A stretch of DNA of 64,000 nucleotides, taken from assembly GCF_006345805.1 (NCBI RefSeq), contig NC_042999.1:59520001-59584000 (forward strand), read 5' to 3'. Below are positions 53,611-64,000 of the stretch, piece by piece. The notes beneath the pieces were generated by a model, which did no database searches, was not told where the DNA came from, and saw only the letters and a program-made list of their open reading frames with translations. Each line of letters starts with the position of its first letter. The stretch's first letter is position 1. Made by a program: the position numbers and the translations under genes. This stretch comes from Octopus sinensis. Its lineage: Eukaryota.

Positions 53611-53900
53611 CTCCTTATTGACCTCCAAAACATGTCCGGCAATTTATTTTTATCAACCGCCCCTCGCTCCACCGATCAGTTCTACCAATCCACATTCGAT
53701 GAAAGATAAGCCGTATCAATCCTACGTCCTGAAATATTTTTAGTTCGTTTCATCTTTGACGCTCCAATATCCTTTCTCCTAACCTACAAATATTCCTCGT
53801 CGTAAGAAAACAATTCATAGACTGACCATTAATCTTATTGGGAAATGAGCTGTATGTCGTATATATGGTAATTAGCAACGCTCTCCAAATATTCTTTCGG

Positions 53901-53933
<33 letters not shown>

Positions 53934-54057
53934 AGAGAGTGTGTGTGTGTGTGTATGTGTATATGTGTATGTGACTGTATGTATGTACGTGTGTGTGTGT
54001 ATATGTGTGTATGTGTGTTTGTGCGTGTATTGCATATGTTTATATATAGATAGACGT

Positions 54058-54125
<68 letters not shown>

Positions 54126-54243
54126 TGTGTGTGTGTAAATATATATTGCATATGTATGCTTATACATACATACTTACACACACATATATATATTATATAT
54201 ATATACACATATATGTACATATATATATATATATATACATACA

Positions 54244-54321
<78 letters not shown>

Positions 54322-54760
54322 TATATATGCATATACATATATATGCATATACATATATATATATACATATATATGCATGTTATGTGTGTATGTGTGTGTA
54401 TGTGTGAGTATTTGCTTCATTTGTACCTAAGAAATACATCATTCTAAACCAAACCAGCATCACGTTTTAACCTACGATTAATATTATAAAAATATTTATA
54501 CTTTGGGATTTGTTTATCTCAACTATCAATTATTCCTGAGATATCTCTCCAAGGTGTTAATCTACAATGAAAACAAACCCTTGTTTGCATTCGCGTACGT
54601 TATAGGTTATAAGCCGATCTAATCAGTGAGTTTTTCTGCGTTTTCTCCCTTGTTACAGCTTTTGTTTTTCATTTTGTTTCTGTTTGCCCGATAGAAAAAT
54701 AAGTACATTTGTGAGCATGAGTGTGTGCGTGGGTGTGTATGTGTGTGTGTGTGTATGTGC

Positions 54761-54799
<39 letters not shown>

Positions 54800-54937
54800 T
54801 ATGTGTGTGTATGAGGAGAGAGTGACAAACAAATAAAGAGCGTATATTATGTGTAAGTATACATAAACAGTATACGGAGTTTTTATAGCTTATAAGCATT
54901 AGCGACCTAGTTCGATGCTGATCTGGCACATAAAATA

Positions 54938-55426
54938 TTGGGTTGTCCGGAAAGTTCGTGCCGATTTATGGTAGCTTACTTTTCGACTTATTTTAAAACA
55001 TGGTTGAGTCCATAAAATAGGATTTGACTACACCTCCATTTAGAGTACAGTTTAAGCTATCTTTTCGTGGAAGAAGGTTCCTATAACCTGTGTTAATTAT
55101 GTAACCTTTTTAAAATGGAAGATAAGAAAGTTCATTCTCTGCACTTGATGATTTGGGAACCAGACAATAATTGCTGCAGCTCGGCTGGGATGTGTTACCC
55201 CACCCTCCATATTCACCAGATTGGGCTCCTTCGGATTTCCGCCTAATCAGGTCGCTGCACAATAGTCTTAGTGGTAAAAATTTCAATTCCTTGGATTGGA
55301 TGACGTAAAAAGATACCTTGATGAATTCTTTGCCATGAAACCACCTCAATTCTGGGAAGAGGGTATTTTCAAGTTAAAGGAAAGAGGGAGACGCATTGTG
55401 CAACAAAATGGTTCATTATTGTGGAT
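54938..55426 (+). mobile_element. Internally deleted mariner (DD34D) element; left TIR only
   Basis: TA|TTGGGTTGTCCGGAAAGTTCGTGCCGATTT; MEDKKVH joined to LLQLGWDVLPHPPYSPDWAPSDF.L.RSL..SLSGKNF and DDVKRYLDEFFA.KP..FWEEGIFKL.ER.R.IVQQNG. Confidence 0.9.
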
Positions 55427-55603
55427 TATCAGGTCTCTCTCCATTGACATTCTGTTTACTTTCTGTTAACGGCACTACTTTCTGTTCTTGCGTACGTATG
55501 TATGATGTGCATATATGTATGAATGCATGTAGAGCAGGCAACCCTTGACTGCAGATACTGTTATATATATATATACACACCACGCACACAAGCACACACA
55601 CAC

Positions 55604-55640
<37 letters not shown>

Positions 55641-55641
<1 letters not shown>

Positions 55642-56150
55642 GAGCAAAACGTCCGCCGTCCAATGGACGGTTCTGAATCATATCTGCTGAATAAAAAGCA
55701 ATCAGTGTATTCTTTTCATTAAAAAATAATTAAGCATGCCTTTATTTCAATAAAATTTTTGGTTTTGTTAAGGCAAAAAAAAACTTCTTGAGAAACCAAA
55801 TAGTCTTTCCATCCTTCGTGCCATCTTAGTTTTTTCGTCTTTTAAACATACTACATTTTGTGGCATTATTTCAAGCCAGCCGGCTTTTTTTTTGTGCAAA
55901 CTGCACGTGTATTTTTCTCGCGTACGCGTAGTATCGATCGCAACAGCTGATTTACTTGCGCGTACAAATGCACGTTCCCACGGCTTTATTGATCGCATTC
56001 AAACCTGGAATCGACTTTTGTAATTTTTTAAAGACTTATACGTTCCCTTTATACCGTCGGTATCTACATATCAAATTTGACCGCAATCTGATGGAGGATG
56101 CCGAGATCCTAGAAGACACGCACACAGACAGAACGGGATTTTACATAATA
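55641..56150 (-). mobile_element. Non-autonomous Helitron, second copy
   Basis: Reverse complement of 47932-48454; hairpin 55656-55670; ends CTCG|T. Confidence 0.75.
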
Positions 56151-56554
56151 TATATATATAATATATATATATATATTATATATATATTATATATATATAT
56201 CTTATATATATATGTATAAAAGAAAAAAAAAAAAAAATACAGATCTACAGAATTTAAGAGTATATTAGAGCCATAATAATAAAAGATATACATTTTGTTA
56301 CAAAATTAAGGTTTTGTTCTCCCAACATAATTGAAGCAAGGACCGGTTTTGCATTGCTCATCAAACAAAGGGTTGAGAGAGATATTTTGGTACGGGGAAA
56401 TATTCTCTGCCTTATTCATATATATATATATATATTATATATATTATATATACACGCACACACACTTATGTCCGTAGAGAGAGACACAGGTTTGTGTGTG
56501 TGCATGTGTGTGTGTATATATATGTGTGTGTGTGTGTATGAGTGTGTGTGTGTG

Positions 56555-56592
<38 letters not shown>

Positions 56593-56597
56593 CTTTT

Positions 56598-56882
56598 TTC
56601 TCTTACTTATTTCAGTAAGTTGACTGTGGTCATGCTGAAGCACCCCGTTGAGGGGTTTTCGTAAAAGAAGAATTGACTCCATGATTAATTTTATAAATCT
56701 AGTACGTATTCTATCAGTCTTATCTGCTGAACCGCTAAGTTACGGCGACGTAAACAGTAACACCAGTTGTCAAGGGGTGATGGGGGACGAACACAGACAC
56801 AAAGACGCACACACACACTTATACACACCTACACACAGACACACACATGTGTGTATATATACATATATATATATATATACTA

Positions 56883-56922
<40 letters not shown>

Positions 56923-57075
56923 AGACGTGCTTCTTTCAGTTTTCGTCTACCAAATCCAGTGTCACGGCTTTGGTCAGCCGGAGGCTATTGTAGGAAAACA
57001 TGCCGGAGGTGCCACACAGTAGGACTAAACCGAGAACCGTGTGGTTGGGAAGCAATCTTCTTACCACACTGCCAC
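56598..57075 (-). mobile_element. SINE family A
   Basis: Reverse complement of body, microsatellite and head. Confidence 0.8.
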
Positions 57076-57113
57076 ACAAGCATACACGTACATACAAGCA
57101 TACAAACATATTG

Positions 57114-57155
<42 letters not shown>

Positions 57156-57896
57156 ACAAGCCTGTACATACACATACAGAGTTACATATGCGCATCTTAC
57201 ATTCTCCGATTAATGTTTTAGCTCATGAATTCCAGTTCCAGATTGCAAGTGCTGTTTTAAAACCCATCTTATCTTGACGCTTAACGGGAAACTGGAGTAA
57301 TTTTGCTATTTATACACGCTGACATTTCTTTCGATATTCCCCCACTCCACCTTTGCTTCTACCCTCGTTCCCCCCTCTTCTCTCTATCGTCTTTATATTT
57401 TGTTATATCTTTTGTGTAGATTGTCTTTACTATATATATACATACATACATACATATATATATATATATAATAAATATTATTTATATATATAATATATAT
57501 ATAATATATATATATATATCTATATATATATATGTTTAATCAGTGTTGTTTTATCGACTTTCCTCGCGTCGTCTTTCTTTTCTTTTTTGATGGTAGCTTA
57601 CGATAACACTACTTAAGTGATAAAAAATTTGAAATAAATGAAAATGAAAATGAAAAAAAATGTGAGGGGGTTAGAGATTAACGTTTGGACAGCAATATGC
57701 TTAACAACATACGTATGTATGAATGTGTGTATGTACGTATATGTATGCGCACACACGTCTATTGCAAATAAGCATATATGCATGCATACACACACACCAT
57801 ATATATATACATATACAATATATGTAATATATATATATATATTATTATATATATAAATATATGTGTGTGTGTGTGTGTGTGTTGTCTATATGTATA

Positions 57897-57927
<31 letters not shown>

Positions 57928-57945
57928 TTACATATCTGTAGTATG

Positions 57946-57981
<36 letters not shown>

Positions 57982-58230
57982 ATATATATATACACATATT
58001 TAGAGCGAGAGTTAGCATATTCGCCCAACATTGTTCTACATTTCACTCTTCGTGTGTAGATAATATATGTAATAGATATATATAAATATATATATATCTA
58101 CATATATATATATATATATATATATAGTTATCCGTAATAATGAGGGTGAAATTAATTAATTTGGAATAATTATCAATTACACCAAGTAGTCTTCGGCATG
58201 TAAAAGCTCATTCGAGGAAAATTTAAGTAA

Positions 58231-58340
58231 TACTAAGCAATAAAGGGGTTAGCAACGAATTGCCTACCACATCTCTTTGACTGCTATTTTAAATTCGGTA
58301 TGTGGTAAGGCAATTCGTTGCTAAACCCTTTATTGCTTAG

Positions 58341-58342
<2 letters not shown>
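58231..58342. mobile_element. 112-bp hairpin MITE with TA ends
   Basis: Arms 58231-58272 and 58300-58342 (1 mismatch, 1 indel) with a 27-nt spacer. Confidence 0.75.
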
Positions 58343-58373
<31 letters not shown>

Positions 58374-58415
58374 CATATATATATACATGTGTATATATAT
58401 GTATTATATATATAC

Positions 58416-58446
<31 letters not shown>

Positions 58447-59019
58447 TATACATATATATATACATGTGTATATATATGTGTGTATGTATATATATAGATA
58501 TATATTTATGTATGTATATTCATATATATATATATAGTGTGTATGTTTATATATACAGACATACATACATAATACGTACATACGTACATGCATGCATAAA
58601 TACAAATATAGATACATCCATGCATACATGCATGCGTGTACAGATAATAGAAGTATGACCTGACAACCTATCTTAGCTGTTTCAGTATTTATCGTATCGC
58701 ATCTGTTGTCAGAAATAAGTCAAAATCGAAAACATACAAAGTATTTATTTATATAGGTCAAAATGCGAAAGAAAATCAACATAAAAAAGAAAACAAACAA
58801 ATGTCAGCAATATCAAACAAAAATAAATTTTGAAAGAAAAAATATAATAAAAAATATACAACATGAAAAAATCTTCTTGATGGATATCGGGGAAAGCAAT
58901 ATTTGACTTCAAAGGTATTTTATAAAGTTTACTGTGTTTGTTTCAAAGATGCCCACAGTCAAAAACTAATAGGAAGGGATTATATAGCCTCACGACCTTG
59001 TGAACGCTTATGGATAGTG

Positions 59020-59310
59020 TCTGGCTGTGTGGTAAGAAGCTTCCTTCCCAATCACATGGTTCGAGGTTCAGTCCCACTGCATGGCACCTTCGGCAAATAT
59101 CTTCTACCGTAGCCTCGGGCCGACCAAAGTGGATTTGGTAAACAGAAACTGAAAGATGCCCATCGTATGAATATATGTGTGTTGGGGGGGGATTGTTTGT
59201 TTTTGTCTCTGTGTGTCCCCTGAGGTCACTTGACAGCCGTTGCTGGTGTGTTTACGGCCCCGTACCCTATCGGCTCCGCAATGAACACCGATAAAAATAG
59301 TACCAGACTT
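59020..59310 (+). mobile_element. SINE family A, diverged
   Basis: TGGCTGTGTGGTAAGAAGC..GGTTCAGTCCC..; body partial. Confidence 0.75.
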
Positions 59311-59424
59311 AAAAACAAAGGTATATATATATATATACATATATATCAAGGCAAGTCTGGAATAAACAAAGCACACACACATACATACACACACATTAAT
59401 TTATATATATATATATATAATATA

Positions 59425-59616
59425 AATATACTCTTTTACTAGTTTCAGTCATTTGACTGTGACCATGCTAGAGCACCGCCTTTAATCGAGCAAATTTACG
59501 GGGACGTAAACACACACCACCATCGGTTGTCAAGCGATGTTGGGGGGACAAACACAGACACACAAACATATACACACACATACATATATATATACATACA
59601 ACAACATATATATATC

Positions 59617-59663
<47 letters not shown>

Positions 59664-59840
59664 ACACATATATACGACGGACTTCTTTCAGTTTCCGTCT
59701 ACCAAATCCACTCACAGGGCTTTGGTCGGCCGGAGTCTATAGTAGAAGACACTTGCCCAAGTTGCCACGCAGTGGGACTGAACTCGGAACCATGTGGTTG
59801 GAAAGCAAGCTACTTACCACACAGCTACTCCTACGCATAT
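59425..59840 (-). mobile_element. SINE family A with internal deletion in the body
   Basis: Reverse complement of head and body. Confidence 0.85.
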
Positions 59841-60302
59841 ATATATATAACATACACCATACATTCACGCACGAATCTATATGTTTAAATGCATACATAT
59901 ACATTGTGCAGATATCATGCATACGTATAAATTGAGTAGATAATTAAATGTATATATGAATTAATTAACGTGCTCTTCATATACTTTTTTCTCCATGACA
60001 CAGATTACTTAAGTTCTCATTACGTCAATTAGTGAAATTGATTTATAATTACATACTTTTATTCATAGCGTCAGTATACACATCGATTGACTTATATATT
60101 ATTTTTTTGTGTTGTCTTTTATCTGCTTCAGTCATTAGAATGCGGCCATGCTGGGGCACTGCCTTGCAGAACTGTTATTCGAATGACTTGACCCCCTGTA
60201 CTTACCTTTATGCCTGCCAGTTATTCTACGGGACAGTGTTACCGTTTAGGAAATCGGCGTCTGACCAGGCAAGATGAATCTAGCTCAAGGCTCGAGGTGA
60301 GA

Positions 60303-60348
60303 GTCACCGATGAGCATTGAGATAAATGCAAAATCACTGTGATCTGGT
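60303..60348 (+). ncRNA. Decayed hammerhead fold (U4C and G12A)
   Basis: GTCA-CCGATGA-GCATT-GAGATA-AATGC-AAAA-TCA-CTG-TGA-TC-TGGT. Confidence 0.45.
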
Positions 60349-60654
60349 AATGTCTATCCGCTGAGAGAGTTGCCTCCCTTTTCAGTCATTAGAATAAGTG
60401 CTTCTTGTGGTTATGTGTTGTTTTAACTTGTATTTCTAGCAATACTGGCGCTGTCACTTTGAGAGAGAAAGAGAGGGAGAGACAATAAGAGATGTAGATT
60501 GATATATAGATATGAATATACATGCATAAAAATATGTATGAGTACTTATATATACGCACATGATTACATATATATATATATATGTGTGTGTGTGTATAAA
60601 TAAATATGTGTGCATGTGCAGATATATACACACACACATATACACATTTTTTTA

Positions 60655-60870
60655 ATTCTTTTACTTGTTTCAAGCATTTAACAGTCGCCATGCTGGAGCA
60701 CCGCCTTATATGGTATTTGCTTAGTCGAAGAAATCGATCCCAGGACTCATTCTTTGTAAACCTAGTACCTATTTTATCGGTCTTTTGCCGAACCGCTACG
60801 CTACGGGGACGTAAACACACTAACATTAATTGTCAAGTGATGGCGGCGTGACAAACACAGATACAAGCAC
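60655..60870 (-). mobile_element. SINE family A body
   Basis: CGCCATGCTGGAGCACCGCC..GAACCGCTA..GGGGACGTAAACAC. Confidence 0.8.
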
Positions 60871-60882
60871 ACATAAAGATAC

Positions 60883-60960
<78 letters not shown>

Positions 60961-60964
<4 letters not shown>

Positions 60965-61103
60965 CATTATTATACATACATGCCACACGCTAAGAGGGAC
61001 ATTAGTCATTTCTACCAAAAAATTTTACTAATCATACCCAATGCAATTTTTCCAAAGCAAGATATTTAAAAAATGAATTTAGTCTTGTATCACCTGTGAT
61101 TTC
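60961..61103 (-). mobile_element. Third, diverged copy of the 26-kb element 3' end with a half hammerhead
   Basis: AGGGCATTATTA.ACATA..TAAGAGGGAC..GCAAGA.ATTTAAAAAATGAATTTAG..GTATCACCTGTGATTTC. Confidence 0.85.
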
Positions 61104-61126
61104 GTAGTGTGTGTGTGTGTGTGTGT

Positions 61127-61373
61127 GTGGAGACACGTGGCTTAGTGGTTAGGGTGTCAGTATCATGATCGTAAGATTGTGGTTTCGATTCCTGGACCGG
61201 GCGACGTGTTGTGTTCTTGAGCAAAACACTTCATTTCACGTTGCTCCAGTCCACTCAGCTGGCAAAAATGAGTAACGCTGCGATGGACTGGCGTCCCGTC
61301 CAACCGGGAAACACATACGCTATTGAAACTGGGAAACCGGGCCCATGAGCCTGGCTAGGCTTTAAAAGGGCGC

Positions 61374-61405
<32 letters not shown>
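61127..61405 (+). mobile_element. SINE family C-related copy with (ATT)n tail
   Basis: TGGCTTAGTGGTTAG, GGTTTCGATTCC, TTGAGCAAAACACTT, GACTGGCGTCCCGTCC. Confidence 0.85.
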
Positions 61406-61426
<21 letters not shown>

Positions 61427-61444
61427 GTATATATATATATAATG

Positions 61445-61597
61445 GGTTTCTTTCAATTTTAGTCTACCAAATCTACTCACAAGGCTTTGGTCGGCCCCAG
61501 GCTATATTCAGAAGGCACCTGCCTAAGCTGCTACGCAGTATGACTGAACCCGGAACCATGTCATTGGGAAGTAAGTTTCTTACCTCACAGTCACGCA
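61445..61597 (-). mobile_element. SINE family A head
   Basis: CTACCAAATC.ACTCACAAGGC..ACTGAACCCGGAACCATG. Confidence 0.75.
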
Positions 61598-62680
61598 TAA
61601 TTGTATAAAAACAGTTAAACAATAATTTAATCATCTTTCGAAGAAACTATCACACTTCGTTAAAGCAAGACATACATGCATACATAAATATATAGATAGA
61701 AATCGTTTTTTTTACATATTTATGCCATTGTTATAGCTTCTTTATAATATATTTTCTGTTTCACTGTCACTTAATTGGTAAGACTTATAACTAAACTGTT
61801 TAAAACGTTGTTAATTTGAAGTAATTACTGTTTCTTAATTAACAAAACACTACAATATTTTTCTGTTGCTGATATTTATTTTATAATCCATTTTTGAACT
61901 TTACTTATCTATTCGATATAGATAAGTTCAATTCCTGGTCTCGTACTGGTTGATAAAACTGTAACCTCACTCACCATAGTAAAAATGTATTTATTGTCAT
62001 GTATAAATGATTTAATAATTGTTTCCAATGTTGGCACAAGTGGAGCAATTCTGAAGACGTGTGGCCTTGTGGTTTGTGTGTTACACTTACGATCGCTCGA
62101 TCGCGGTTTCGAATCCCGAGCGAGGGGCAAGTCGTGGTTTTAAGCAAAACACTTCATTTCGCGTCACTTTGAAAGTGGAAGGGTGGCAGAAATGCTTTAG
62201 GCTCTCTACATTCTGAGTTCAAATCCCACCTACCCGGAGAAGGCATCGTGAAACAACTCCAGTACTCATCTCAAATGTAACCATGGTAGCCGAATTTCTA
62301 GTAGACTACTCAGCTGTTCAACGGGGGTGAACATTTTGCCTTTCATCCATTAGTATCAGTTGAGTGCTGGGGTCGATGTCATCGACATAATTCCTCTACA
62401 GCAAAATTGCTGGCCGTGTCCTAAAATTTGAAACCGCTATTTATTTACTTTGATTTCCACCGCTGGAAACAATTTATTTTATATCACTTTGAGTTTCTAA
62501 AATTCGTGGTAAGAAGTTACGTCCTCGTAACTTAGCGACTCGGCAAAAGAAACCGATAGAATAATTTCCGGTTCAAAGGAAAAATAATTACTGAGGTCGA
62601 AGGGTTCGACTAAAATTCTTCAAGGCGGTACCCCAGCATGGCCGCAGTCTGACTGAAATAAGACAAAATAAAGATAAACA

Positions 62681-62865
62681 AGGTGCAGGCGAGGGTGTGT
62701 GGGAAGAAGCTTGCTTTCCAACCACATGGTTCCGGGTTCAGTCCCACTACATGGAACCTCGTGCAAGTGTCTTCTACCATAGCCTCGGGCGCACCTAAGC
62801 TATGTGAGTGGATTTGGTAGACAGAAACTGAAAGAAGCTCGTCGTATAATATGTGTGTGTGTGTG

Positions 62866-62918
<53 letters not shown>

Positions 62919-63135
62919 GGTGTATTCATGTGTATGTCTGTGTTTGTCCCCATAACATATCTTGACAGCCGATGTTGGTGTGTTTACGGTCCTGTAACTT
63001 AAAAGTTCTGCAAAAGAGACTGATAAAATAAGTACTAGGCTTTCAAAGAGTAAGTCCTGGGATGATTTGTTTGACTAAAAGTCGGTGCTCCAGCATGACC
63101 GTAGTCAAATAACTGAAACAAATAAAAGAAACGAA
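62681..63135 (+). mobile_element. SINE family A, full length
   Basis: Head, (GT)n, body and tail. Confidence 0.85.
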
Positions 63136-63339
63136 AGAAAAGCATGCAATGTTCGTTAGTAAGATGAAGCTTTTAAAACGGATGGGGAAAATTCGATGTG
63201 TTACTATAGTATCATGGTAGCAGGTTTCTCATTTTCACACAAGTTGTGGGTTCGTGTCCCACTGGCAGTTTTCGACTATTTTCCATCTATGCGGATTTCC
63301 AACCCAATATTCTACAAACTATTATTAATATCTTTATTA

Positions 63340-63555
63340 AGGATGTGTGCTAGCAGACACGTTAGCACGCCGGGCGAAATGCTTAGCAGTATATCGTCTG
63401 TCTTTACATTCCTAGTTCAAATTCCACCGAGATCAACTTTGCCTTTCATCCTTTCGTGGTCGATAAATTAAGTGCCATTGAAGCACTGGGGTCGATGTAA
63501 TCGACTAGTCCCTTCCTCCAAAATTTCAGGCCTTGTGCCTATAATAGAAAGGTTT
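63340..63555 (+). mobile_element. SINE family B
   Basis: CGTTAGCACGCCGGGCGAAATG..GCCTTTCATCCTTTCG.GGTCGATAAATTAAGT. Confidence 0.85.
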
Positions 63556-63611
63556 ATTAATATTTTTATTAAGGCGGCAAGCTGGCAAAATCGTTAGCAC
63601 GCTGGACGAAG

Positions 63612-64000
63612 GAGTCGTGTTTTTTTGTGACCAAGTTGTTCAACTGGATTTATTTACCTGTCGAAGGTCTCCCGTGAGGGCGAATCCTATTGTTAAGCAT
63701 TATTGTTGAATTTTTGAATTATTTGTTACTGTTCTTTTGTCAGTATATTATATTTGTTTTCATCCCCATTTGTGGGTGAAGTAAGAGAAAGAATGGACAG
63801 TGGACCAGTATCAGCCGGAAGCTATGCTGCAGCAACTGGAATGAGTTTAACAGCGGATGTGTTGCAGGTGCGAGAAATTAAAATGGATCACAGGAGGTTG
63901 AAATAATTCAACAAACTCTTGGAAAAGGATGGTACCAACCTAAAGTTAATACCACCAGAAGGATTTACAGCAAATATAATGAAGCGGACAGTGGTATAGA
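63612..64000 (+). mobile_element. Second non-LTR retrotransposon 5' end with ORF1-like frame, runs off the window
   Basis: ATG at 63793: MDSGPVSAGSYAAATG..LQVREIKMD..LK*FNKLLEKDGTNLKLIPPEGF..KRTVV*; follows a truncated family B head. Confidence 0.6.

Overview
AT-rich, microsatellite-saturated eukaryotic genomic DNA. The SINE families and repeat landscape suggest an octopus or other coleoid cephalopod; this is inferred from the repeats only. There is one 100-N scaffold gap (40570-40669). Most ORF-track entries are microsatellite translations. Recognisable content: (i) over 35 copies of three tRNA-derived SINE families; (ii) LINE relics: a 5'-truncated CR1-clade element nested in a SINE, RTE fragments, and two ORF1-like 5' ends; (iii) Tc1/mariner relics and MITEs, and two non-autonomous Helitrons; (iv) two Penelope-like (PLE) GIY-YIG endonuclease relics; (v) one 97-nt minus-strand exon resembling TRRAP, with canonical splice sites. 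The most striking signal is a set of type I hammerhead ribozyme folds from several unrelated sequence families (3015-3062 +, 6036-6078 +, 26215-26280 -, plus mutated and half copies). Each intact fold sits in an inverted or tandem pseudo-LTR-like arrangement. One lies in a 481-nt repeat unit with retrozyme-like architecture, sense to and 1.2 kb upstream of the TRRAP-like exon. A spacer-less palindrome of about 1.16 kb (22437-23595) and SINE multimers sharing one junction at two loci also stand out.
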